The translations under genes were made by a program, and so were the position numbers. The notes below the pieces were generated by a model, which had not been told where the DNA came from, searched no databases, and was given only the letters and a program-made list of their open reading frames with translations. This document shows positions 45,810 through 58,800 of a DNA stretch of 64,000 nucleotides, one piece after another (position 1 is the first letter of the stretch; every line of letters begins with the position of its first letter). The stretch is from positions 48,546,001-48,610,000 of the forward strand of contig OZ231126.1 of assembly GCA_965153355.1 (NCBI GenBank), written 5' to 3'. This DNA is from Flaccisagitta enflata. Taxonomy: Eukaryota.

Positions 45810-46026
45810 GAGGAGAATAAAATCAGTTCGAAAGGCCTTATTTATGGGCTCATCGCCCGGTAATTGTTATATAAACTTGGGCTTATCGCCTGGTGATTGT
45901 TAAATAAACTTTGGATTATTTGACAACTCGATCTTCAATCGATTGACACAGAGTTTTGTAAAAAATGAAACCGGTGATAGTCCTTATGAGAGATGGACCA
46001 CTAAAACTGTAATTGAAAGTCACCTA

Positions 46027-46880
46027 CAGTACGATGGGAGCTACGAAAACCTAGACTGGAGGATGGTTTTTAGGTAATTTAATTCTATTTATATCATAAA
46101 TTATTTAAGATTTAGGTTAATTAAAGGTTAATTAAAGGTATATTTAGTGAATGCATTTGCGTCTCTTAAACTCCAATTTTTTACTTGATCTTAAGACTTC
46201 ATTTTTAGTCGCGTGCACGCGACTCTACAACCCGCTTTGTCGGTCCGTCCGTCTGTCCGTCCGTCCGTCCGTCGGTCCGTCCATCCGTCCGTCCGTCACA
46301 CTTTACTTTTTTGTACTATAACGTCAACTCTTAGGTCATTTTAAGTCATTTCAAGTCATTTATAGTTATTCTAAGTCATTTTAGGTTATTCTAAGTCATT
46401 GAAAGTCATTCTAAGTCACTCTTTGTCTGTAAGTCTCGCACGCAACTTATAGGTGTTGACCTTGTTTAAGTTTTAACCTATTTTATTCGATCGGCCAAAA
46501 CATTCTATGTGATTTTTTTAAAAATCCACCTAATTGGATCATTTCTAAAGGTTTTACGGCTCAGTAAGCTAAAGTTATGCAAATCAATTTTTGGGCAAAA
46601 CTTAAAATGGCCATAAAACCTGTAAAAATAAACTGATTAAGCCAATTTTTTTTCAAAACTATATAAAATTTTTCATCTGATCTATTAAAATAAGTTAGAA
46701 CTTTCAAAAATGAAATCTTGATGAGGTCAAGTCGCAAGTTAAAGTTTAAGAGATGCAAAATTTTCACTGAATATAACAACCTTTAATTATTGTAAATCTC
46801 AAATATTATAAAATATAAATAAAATTAAGATACTTAAAATCTATCCACCAGTCTAGGTCGTAATTGCTCCCATCGTACTG
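46027..46880. mobile_element. TA-flanked palindromic MITE with a family C HINE-like insertion at 46203-46466
   Basis: TA-CAGTACGATGGGAGC...CTAGACTGG / CCAGTCTAGG...GCTCCCATCGTACTG-TA; an uninterrupted sister copy lies at 54254-54810. Confidence 0.8.
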
Positions 46881-47386
46881 TAGTTATATAGTGACACCCT
46901 CACATAAAATCTAAGGTTCTCTTACGCGATCACGATCTCACTCAAATCCCCTACTGCGCCGAAGCTACTCAAAACAAGGCTGGATGCACGGCTACTGAAG
47001 TTGTGGGCAGGGGCAGTGATGAAATATGCTAACTCAAGCATTTGAACAGGAGCAGTAACGCAAAATGCCAAAAACGCTAAAAAAGCTAACAGCAGCCAAC
47101 AGACCAACCGACCAACATAGCGGGTTGTAGTCACGAGCACGCGACTAAAGGTTTCATCGTTCAGATCTCGAAAACTTACGATTTTTATTCGCGTACTACA
47201 CGACTCTACACCCCGCTTTGTCCGTCAGTCGGTCTGTTGGTTGGTTGGTTGGTTGGTTGGTTTGTTCTCAAAGAAAAAAGAGGATGGGGCGCTTTTTGGA
47301 GGGGGGCGCTAAATGGAAAAAATACGGTACGTATGGATTAGACACCTCCGGCAGCCGGACTCTTTAAGTTCGAGAAAATGACAAGT

Positions 47387-47492
<106 letters not shown>

Positions 47493-48533
47493 CGAAGCAA
47501 AACGCGCTTTAAATTGAGATCAAGAAAACATCAATTATTGCAAAATTAGGCTAAAAATATGAAGAGGAGTCAATATTCCGGGTAATTTTTCGAATTTTAA
47601 TCCGGAATTTTTTTAAATAGAAAGTCAGTCTCAATTCTGCATTAATCCATAAAACGTATCTCAACATATTTCGGCAAACCAAACTTTTCCCAACATAATC
47701 AGGGCATATTTCGGTATATCGAAGTTGTTGCTTTTGCAAAATATCAATTCCAACGCCGTTTGTCTTGTTTACGACGCACTGAAATTAAAGCAAGAGGAGT
47801 TTATCCAGAGGACAAAAATACCACTCACTTTACTATTTTTGCTTGTGTGGTTTTTTTTTTACTTAAACTTACTTAAACTTACATGAGAAAACCGATCTGT
47901 TACTGCCAAATGACAAAAATGCAAAAAGTTGAAGGAAATTCGATTTTGATGAGACTAAAAAGTGAAAAAAATACTGACAATTGTTTCAGTAACTGCTCAC
48001 TGAAAATTTCCAATTTGCATCAAAAATCAAAATATCATTAGAATAAGAACAAAGCGCCCTCAGTTTGTGTTTTAGGAATCGCGCTATGTTCTTGTTTTGT
48101 TGATATTTTGATTTTCTCTGCAAATTTAAAATTTTCAATGAGCCATGGTACATTGACAAAATAAGTTTTTTATTGTATTTCATATATTTTTTTCAGCTGT
48201 AAAACAAAGGATTGTATATTAAGACTTGCATATGCATGTCAATTCATGCAAAATATGGCTATTGACAGTTTACTTGAAAACATAAGGACAAAAATTATCT
48301 TTAAATTTCATTTTATAAACTTCATGACTTATCTAGCTCGGGTAGCAAATTCTATGGTAATTTTCAGTGCGTCTTACGGTCTTTATTGACTTTTTACTGA
48401 TTTTTTTCACTTAAACAGGCGTGTATATTGTTGAGTAGTGGGAAGGGGGGGAAATGAAATGACAGGGTTTGGATATGGGAAAAAAATCAAAATCTTGAAA
48501 AAAAAATTTAAAACCCACCCCTAACCCTAATTT

Positions 48534-48715
48534 AACAAGGCCGGATACACGGCTACCTCAGTCGCGTGTGGGTGGGCAGTGGCCATATCTGAGGTCAGTA
48601 GACCATTTGGGCAGGAGCAATGAGGTCAAAGAAAAAAAAAAAATAAAACGTGACCGACCAACCGACGGACGGACCGACAAAGCGGGTTGTAGAGTCGCGT
48701 GCACGCGACTAAAAA
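48534..48715 (-). mobile_element. HINE/DINE-1-like element, family B (further copies in + orientation at about 49090-49279 and 49544-49728)
   Basis: Same termini, hairpins and microsatellite as 596-774. Confidence 0.65.
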
Positions 48716-50479
48716 GTCTGAGAAACGCAAGACTGCATACGACCATTAATTTATACCATAGACGAAAGTCAAAATTCGATGTACCAAAATATGCCCGGAT
48801 AATCAAAATTGCTTTATCTCGTAACATGATGAAATATGGTTATATATGAATGAATGCGGAATTGGGACTGAGCGTTGATGCTTGATGGGATCATAAAGAT
48901 TTCACGTCGTCAAGGTAATCATAGAACTGCTGGCACACGAGCCTTTAGCCTTGCGGCTACCCTGCTAAAATGAAATATTCAAAGACAAAAATTTTGCACG
49001 CTCATTGGCGGATCACTGGCACCGCTACTTATGATTAAAACTATCTGCATATCAGGAAATTTCCTCCTCAAAACCAGAAATAGATTTACTTTTTTTTAGC
49101 CGCGTGCACACGACTTAACACCTCGCTTTGTCCGTCCGTCCATCGGTCGGTTGGTCACATTTTTTTTTTATGTTTTTTATTCTTGGACCTTACTGCTCTT
49201 GCCCAAATGGTCTAGTGATCTCAAATATGGCCCCTACCCACCCGCACGCAACTTAAGTAGCCATTTATCCGGCCTTGTTCATGTAATTTCTTACACCTTG
49301 TCCTAGAAATTCTGCAAATTCTAAAAAAAAATCAACTAGAAATTTTCTGTGTTATTATCTGCCTCTCGCACATCTATAAGTGGTGGTGTCTGTTTGTCGG
49401 TCGGTCAGTTGGTCACAAAATTCTAAAATTGCTCACAATGACTGATCCTAACATCTTTCTTCATAGTAACTAACTCTTATGCCTACCTAATTTTCATTCA
49501 TTCATTCATCTATTCATTCAGTCAAACCATTCATTCACACAGTTTTAGTCGGGTGCATGCAACTCTACAACCCGTTTTGTCCGTCCGTTGGTCAGTTGGT
49601 TACATTTTACTTTTTTTTACAATTTTATTTCTTTGACCTCACTGCTCCTGCCCAAATTGTCTAATGACCTCAAATATTGCCCCTACTCATCCACACGTGA
49701 CTTCGGTAGCCGTGTATCCGGTCTTGTTGATCAGTGAGGCGCACATATTGGTCAAAACTGTGCCATGAATTGTTTTGAATAAACAAGTAACAAGCGACTC
49801 GCGAATACGTGCGCCGGGCCCTGTGGATCGTCGAGAAAATGCCAGTCCAACTATACTAATGAAGCGGCATCCTCTTATCGGTCTGTTTTGGCTCATTAAA
49901 CGTTATGGGTTTTTTTTTTGGGGGGGGGGGGGGGGAAGGGAAGTAAAATTATGAGATTCAACTTTTTAAAATAGCTGGAAATCAGGTTTTTAATTCTGAT
50001 TTATAGTAATCTAAGGAACTACTATCATATTTCTTTGATAATATGACTTTTAAATTTCATAAAAAAATAACTTTTTTAAAATAAGAAATATCAAATATTA
50101 AATTATAAAGGATTAATATCTTAGGAGTTATGAATTTTAAAATCACTTTGTTCAAATGTTGCACGCTTATCAATTAAAAAACAAGGCCAAGTAGGCCAAT
50201 AAGGTGCGACGTGTGGATCGTCGAACGAATGCGTTACCCGACCGACAGACAGACAGACCGACCGACGGACACAGCCAGTTATAGAGGTGCACCTAAAAAT
50301 CAAAACTAAGAATTGACAAAAAATGATCAAAAAATGAATCAAAACAAATAAGAAAATAACCACATTGCGGAACTGATTATTTCATTTAGTTAAGTCATAA
50401 TTCAATTTTAGAAAGTTGGGTCATGATTTTTTAGTATACAGTAGATCTCGTCTAGACTTGAGATAACGGGGGCAAGCAT

Positions 50480-50955
50480 TATAGAGAAATAAATGAAGCT
50501 TAGGGAGTGATATTTGAAACATAGACTAATAATGAGGTGCTTAATTGCCCATGATAGCTGGTTGCCATGGAAACGCATTTCTATGTATTTTCGCTAAAAT
50601 ATCAATATTTTGAGAAATTTTTTGAAGGAATATTTCTTAGAATCAGATTTGCTACAACTTTCCCACAGTATGTTCTGTAAGAATGTCGCTCGTTTAGCGG
50701 TTGCTAGAGGTTGTCACACATGGATACACTCCCTAGCAACCACCAAACAAGCGATATTCTTACAGAACATACTGTGGAAAAGTTGTAGCAAATTGATTTT
50801 AAGCAATGTTCCCTAAAAAAATCTCTCAAAATATTGATATTTTAGTGAGAATACATAGAAATGTGTTTCCATGGCAACCAGCTATCATGGGGAATTAAGC
50901 ATCCTTTGATTAGTCTACGATCCAAATATTGCTCCCCTACCTTCATTTGTTTTTC
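50480..50955. repeat. ~480-bp palindromic element
   Basis: CCCATGATAGCTGGTTGCCATGGAAAC / GTTTCCATGGCAACCAGCTATCATGGG arms, with a centre near 50720. Confidence 0.8.
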
Positions 50956-50981
50956 CACAGGGATCTGTTTTCTTTCATCGA

Positions 50982-51065
<84 letters not shown>

Positions 51066-51070
51066 ACACA

Positions 51071-51173
<103 letters not shown>

Positions 51174-52898
51174 CCGCGCGCGCAAGCAATCAAAGTCTGG
51201 GAACATTACAATGATACTGCAATGCGCAATCATCCTCGTTTTTTGTCCCTCCCTAGAGAGCCGCCTAGATTCTTACCGATATGTCGGAGAGTTGTCTTAT
51301 TAACCACGCATTAACTTTATTTAACCCTATTTGCCATATCACGTGTACAAACGGACTCATGCTCTGGGCGCAGCGTCTTTTGGAAAATATCGCTCAAATG
51401 CCTAATTTGCATGATGCAGCGGCATTATCTCCGCAATCGTGACAGCGTAGTATTTCGTAAATCGTTACGCTGATACAAAACTTACATTACTCTTGTTACT
51501 AGCTTTAGCGAAAACATTATAAAATGCATTTGAGCACCAGCATAAACTCATAAATTTATGAATGTTCATACGCTGGTGGTGATGTTCGAAACCGAAGTCG
51601 AGCTGACGTAAACGAGGGAAGAATATATAAGCAGGGAAAACAGTTTTTGTTGCTAAAAAAACGGAAGATGGACGAAATTCAAAAAAACAAAAACGGTAAG
51701 TGTCTTAGAATTCGTCCCCCTATTTCCCCTGATGTTGATGAAGCGATCTAAAGACCTTTTACATAGTGACACACCCGACTGAAACAATCACATTTATTTC
51801 TTGTAGAAGATATCTTAAAGGTTAATAAGCACAAAACACAAAAAGAAAACTAGTGCTTTTAATTTTTTTAAAAAATAAAAAAAATTTAACTCTATAAAAA
51901 ATTGAAATGATGCAGTTAAAACATTGTAAAGCATTGTTTCAGGGATCAGAAGTTTTCCGCAATGCTTGTTTTGTGCCCAAATCCTAGAAACCAGATGAAA
52001 GGCTCTCACGAACACTCATTTGTTTGACTAGGAACCTTGATTATAGGAACATTGAGGCTCAGCTGAGGAAAAAAAACAGTAACATTGCCAGCCAAAAACT
52101 AGGGGATAAGGGGAATACAAGAACTTCAGAACTTTATTAACTCAAGATTAATTAAGGTTTGTTGTTATAATAGTTATCATAAGTGAAACTTAGCAGTATC
52201 AATGATTATCAATGATGGATTTCATTCAAAACTGCATTTTCAGTATAATTCGATTTGTTTAAAATAAATATTTTTATCAATATTTCTAATCTTGTTTCAA
52301 TTGAAAATCAGAGATAGATTACATAAAAATTCTAATATAAACTAGCTATAAAAAAGAAATAATATCATAACGGTCGTAACGATTTAAGCCTCTAATTTCA
52401 AAACAAGAACACCGAGCCTCAGAAAAAAAATTGCATGTTCTTTTAAAGACAAATGAGTAAACACATGACTTCGTCTCCGACTTTTTTCCAAACAATACTT
52501 CTGATGATACGAAATCAGCGGACAGTTATTTCTGCCCCTGCCCCTGCCAAGCTTCAAGCGATTACTTACTAGTCGTGTATACGACCATTATATATCAGTG
52601 GGGCGGTTTCAGTACATTCTGCAAGAAATTCCAGATACCGCTATCTTATACCATTCAGAAAAATGTAAATCAGTCGTGTAGCGTAGGTAAGTGAAACGGA
52701 CTGCCCGACTTACAAACCAACTTATAAAGTTGTACTGTCACATTCGTCACTATGCTACGGTCCAAGACCTCTAATTTCAAAACATTCTCGGTTCGAAAAA
52801 ATTGAGAGAGTCCAAAGGCTCAATGTATAAATGGCTTGACTCAATGATACGACAGTGCATTACGTCGCCAGCATAGACTGAGACAAAAGCGAATCAAA

Positions 52899-55800
52899 AT
52901 GGCATTCTTGATTTTCGCTTGTGTCGCTTTGATTGTGGTTTCCGCTACTGAGGGTAAGTTGGTTAGTTTGGAAAAAGGTCAAAGAAACGAAGTTTCCTTC
53001 GGCTTATTGCGACCCGCTGAGCTTTTTCGATTTCATTTTTTCTCATGAAGCTTTTGAGGGAGTTGATCAGTTTTTGGGGCCGAATGGTACTACGCATGAA
53101 ATTACTTCAGAAAGAGCGGATTTCTTTTCATTCAGATGGCGCCAAGTAGAATTCTGTGCGATCAAAAGTATTGGAGTTGTGATTTTTTTAAATGTTTATT
53201 TTATTTTCTCGCTATTCTCTAAAAGATAAATATTTTCCATTGATCAACATGTTACGCACATTGACTAACTTTTATGACGCTAGATCTCGAGTCACCCTGC
53301 TTGGCCTGCTTGCTCATAGTTTTTGATGATGAACCAATGGCGCCTTCTCTCTTTCTCTTTGTCTGACTGTCCCTCTGTCTCACAGCATTTACAGTGCGAT
53401 GCATAAAAAAACATGCAAATTTTTTGTTTAAGAAATTATACTCAGAACTGATTTATCAAACTTTTTATCTTGAAGAATCTAAAAAGTTAGAAGAATTAAA
53501 ATTATTCGCACTAATCTCGAACATTTTGGTCAACTTCACGAGAATTTATCATAGGTTAAAAGCAAGGTAAATTGTCAATAGATGCGCGATCTTCAAATAA
53601 CTTAAAATTGTTTTTAATCATATCTAGATTCTTTGAAATGAGATTGAACTAATGAAAATCCATGACATTTGGAAAGCCCTTTAAAATCTCTTCTATTTGA
53701 GTTTTATCTGGCATCTTTCGCTCAATTCGTTTGAGAGTAATATTAATTCAAGTAAAACCATTCCGTTTTAACAATCATTAAAAAAAGTCACAATTTTCAT
53801 TACTGGTTTTCATACCTTATTTTTTTTTATTACAAAAATTGAACAAATTAATCAAACTCGTTAAGCTTGGTGGCAATGTCTTTTTCTTTAATGCTTTTTC
53901 AAACGCTCCTAAGAAAAAATTAAGAAAAAGATTTTTAATCATTAAAACATGTTTATTTCTTATGCATCGCACTATACTTTTCCTACGGCGAGAGCCGCCT
54001 ATATAGTAACATACATACATGTAGATCTTGTAGACGTGCAAAGCTATCATTCTGTCCATGCTAAGAGATAAGCCTCATAATTGACGTCCGGGGCGTTCCA
54101 AAATGTCGGTCCTGAAACTGCTAGTGGGCATCCCATTACATTACGCTGCCGTGAAGCTATGGTTTCACATCAGAGAAAAACTCGTAAACGTTCAGCTTCA
54201 TTTTGCCCGATTTTTGAGGTTAAATCCTTTTCCTTTCTAGCTTGTATTTTGTACAGTACAATGGGAGCAAAGGCGATCTAGACTGGAGGATAGATTTTTG
54301 GTATTTTAATTTCATTCTATGTTAATCAGAGGTTGCTCTATTGCTTGAATGTATAAGCTTTTTTCATTCTTTAACTTGTGACTTAACCTTATCAGGACTT
54401 CATTTCTCAACTGTCTAACCTAGCTAATTGGATCCGGCAAAAAAATTTTTTATAATTTTGAAAAAAAAATCAGCTTAATCGGACTATTTTTACAGGTTTT
54501 ACAGCTATTTTTCAGACCAAATAATTATGTAAATTAAAACAGGCATAAAACCTGTAAAAATGGTCCGATTAAGCTGATTTTTTTTTTAACTTATATAAAA
54601 TTTTTTGCCGGATCAGATAAGCTAGGTTAGAACATTGAAAAATAAAGTCCTGATAAAGTTAAGTTGCAAATTGAGGAATGATAGAAGCATATTCAAGATA
54701 TAAAGCAACCCTTAATTAGCATAAATCTTAATTTTTTATATAAATCAAATAAAATTAAGATACTTAAAATCTATCCTCCAGTCTAGGCCGCTTTTGGTCC
54801 CATAGTACTGTAACAGGAATGAAGAAAATGTCTCAGCATTAATTTGCGGAAATATTCATACTTTCCTCGAAGCTAGGAAACCTTGTTTTTAACGACTAAT
54901 AAAATTTGAGCCTTGTAACTGGATACCACTTGTTTGTTATTGTCATTATCAAGAATTAACGACTGTTTTTCTCTGTTGATATAAAAGCCACTTGGCTTGG
55001 CTCCATTTCATCAGTCATTGTCTCACACATTTCATCAAATCTCACCCTGGCGGGGAATACCCACTTAATGTCACAATATCACACCCAAGCGAATGGCTAT
55101 GTCACTGAAAAGAATCCCTCCGAAATCAATGAATCACTGCTCACTCATACATTTCTTTTTTCCCTCCAACCTCTGAAAAAAAGGCAAAGTGGGACCAAAT
55201 GGATCACCGTCATGCTACCGTCTTGGAGGAAAGGGACATATAAAAAGTAAGAGAAGTAGAGGTGTTACATCATTTCTTCTTTCGCTAACCTCTCATTATA
55301 ATCAAAGCTTTCGGGAAGAAACTTAAACTAATGGTAGTTTCTTTTTATAAAAATGGTATTTTCTTTTTATAAAAATGGTATAATGTGATCGTTTATCAAA
55401 AAAAATAAAGTATCAATGTTAATTATCAAGGTAAATTATCAATGTTAAGTAGCAACTTTAGTATTTGGCATTTTACAAAAAAAACGGACCAAACATTTTT
55501 TTTTCTCCCGATTTACAAATCCCATTTACAGATGAAAATTTGGCAATTCTGAGATAACATTTAGTATTTGCATTTTATTCTATTGGTTACTTGAATTTTA
55601 CCTTTTCTGTGCAAATTTGTTACCACCTAGATAGTAATCATTTAATCGACAAGGCCAACACCTTACAAGTCGCGTGCGGTCTTAAAGACTAAAAGGCCTA
55701 AAGACCAAAAGACAAAACAACTAAAAGCAGAAGCGGTAGTGCAAAAGACGCTCAAAAACGCAAAAAAAAAAAGCTAACAGAGACCGACAGACATACATAG

Positions 55801-58800
55801 CGGTTCATAGAGTCGCGTAGCACGCGACTAAAAACAAATAAATGAAAGATCACTGACGTTGTGTGTATGTTTAAAACTTAATTGCTTGGTGGTTCTTGAT
55901 CTATTTGTAGCACTTCCAGTTAGAGAAAAGTCATGAAATTTGAATGGCGGTTGAAGGATGCACCAAACTACCAGCATTTGAAATGTCACAACAATTGGTT
56001 ATTTCATTGCATCGGTTAAATGACTTTTTTTGAATAAACCTCTTTAAAATCTTCAAAGAATACGTTTCTCCTTGCAGTCACTTTTACCCGTGAGAATGGA
56101 GTGGACCGACCCGGTAACGACATAAAAGGAAAAGCCCCAACCAAAGTACAAAATTTTAAAAGTTGCGTTGCCCTCTGCGAGTCGATTGTTGGTTGCGTAG
56201 GTAAGTTTACGACTACAGATTTATCTAACCACGTAAGTCGCAATTCAAATGAAAGCGGAGACGTGCAATAAACGAGTTAGTAATCCTAACTGATCTTTTC
56301 TCCAGCCATCACCTATGTACAAAATAAAAGGAACTGCTGGCCAAAACACGCCTGGGGAAATCCTGTACCAAAAGCCGGCCATGTCTCCGCGACTTTTGAA
56401 AGAAGTAAGTCGCAATCATTACAGAAAAGACAGTGACCTATATAACAAGGCCGGATACACGGCCACCAGTTGCGGACGGGTGGGCAGGGGCGGAAATGCG
56501 CGTTTTCCCACTTTTCGACTTGATCATTACGGACCAACGGACGGACCGACGGACGGACAAAGCCTCTTATAGAGTTGCGTGTCCGCAACTAAAAACATAT
56601 TTTCAAAATTTTAGATCAAATCATAATCATGTTTCATATAAACAAAGAATCAAAAAAGAATCTTAAAGTTAAGACCATTAGCCTTTCTGCACTACTGTCA
56701 CTTGAAGCGACAGTGACTCACTTCTTTAAATGTAATGATTTTCCCTTCTTCCCACATTTAAAGACGATGGATTTGGTTGTTCATTGTGCCGGGCTAAGGC
56801 TTATATGCTGGATATGGGGGGTTTCGATATTCCCATTCCATCTTGCGAAATCGACACGAGCTTCTCCGCCAAACAATGCCACGATAATAAATGCTGGTGC
56901 GTCGCCAAAAATGGCGAAGAGATAACGAAGAGAGTCGATTCTAAGAAGGCAGTCAACTGCGCCAAAGAGAGAGGTAAAATTACATATGAAAAGCCTTAAG
57001 AAAAGATTATGGATAAGAATATTCTTGAAATCTGTCGTACATAGTGCCAAGAATAAAGGAGACAAGTTCATGTCCTATGATAAATGTCACTTGATTATCC
57101 AATGGTCTAATTATCCAGAAAATTTTAAATGAGAATTGATAACCGCTAGTATTTAACAAGTTGAGGAGCTGATCTAACTTATTGTTCTGACAATTCTCTT
57201 TAATCCTCTTCAATCAAAAAAGCGAAATTGGTGAAGCCAACCAAATGCCAAAAAATGGCCTCCACAAAAGATCCAAAAAAATTCAAGCCTTCTTGTAAGC
57301 CGAATGGAGACTTTCAAGCCAAACAGTGTCTCCCCGCCGTCATCGCTGGTGCTGCGGGAACTCACTGCTGGTGTTCATTGAAGAACGGCAAAATAATTCC
57401 AGACACTATCCATTCAAGCGCCACGTTTCCAAAATACAACTGTGACAGACACGCAGGTAAAACGAGAAAAAAAGCTCACTCAGCTCCACTATTAGCGTGC
57501 AGGTCGTCGGGCACAGTGATAACATGGGCTAAAAGGGCACTGATGCCAAACCACCTGTAAAACGTCCAAAAAGCAAAATGCTATCAACAGACTGATAGAC
57601 CAAACAGCCAATTGTTCATAAGGCACAATACTGACTACCTTAGCAAAAAGTAGATAAAAAACTGCGGCATGATACAGTCATGGATTAAATATTTCTTAAA
57701 TTATAGTTCTAAAAGTGCTTGTACATTACTTTTTCTTTATCTGAACTTCTACAGCTATTCAATCTTTTTTGTCTCATTTATTAAAAAAATAATTTTTAAG
57801 GAAAGTTTTTACAGTTTTGCTTAGGGGGGATGGGGCAAATCTGGTCACTTTTATAAGTTTTTGTTCGGGGAATTTTTCAAATGAATCCCCTGAAGCCATT
57901 GATCTCCATAGATTTAGGGCTGATATAGGGAATTCCAGAATGGGCCACATGGGGCCCATATCTAAGAAAAAACCTGATGTGGCCCGATTTGTCCCAGATT
58001 GGGCAAATCGGGCCACTTTTAAATTCCTTTGCATATTTCTCCAGGGGCTCAAAAAATAACCCAAAATTTTTTGCCAGGATGCCAGGAGCTAAGTTGAGGT
58101 TTGATTTTATTACACAATTGCCAAATTCGTTCTATTTTACAAACCGAAAAAAGAAAATTATTCCTGGGCCAGAAAATGTCGCACTTTAAATACAGCCATG
58201 AAAAATCTGCCTATAAACAAATTAAAGGATTTTCTGGTGGCCCAATTTACCCCACGTTTTGATCATCTTTTCATAGAGCAAGACTAGCTAATTGGTATCA
58301 AAGATTCATGTGATGTGTAAGGTATTGGAGCTAATTACCATATCCAATACCAAAGAGTCACCCAAAATGACAATCGTTGAAGTTGTGATAAAGTTTATCA
58401 CAACCTTTAAGTTATCATATCAATGTAGGTTAGGAATAAAGTTGTGTTGATGCTGCTGTTGCTGCCACAGTTCTGAAGAAACATCACCCTAACAACCCCA
58501 TTGACTGGTGCAACTCATAGCAGGATCATCACAACTTTTCTCCCAATATTTATTTCAGAAGTGACGTTGATTTACACAAGTGGCCCGATTTGCCCCACCC
58601 TCCCCTACCATTTTTAGAAGATCAAAAGCACAGGAACTAGGTTGTTCTCATTTTTAAAATTTTTAAATATAGATTAATTTGTGATATTAATAACTCTTTG
58701 GAAAAGATATCAATTTCTTAATTTTTGCATTCAACTGTCCTCAATATTTTTCTGATTTTCTAAATGAATGTTCTTACTCTTATGCTTACAGTTTCTGAAT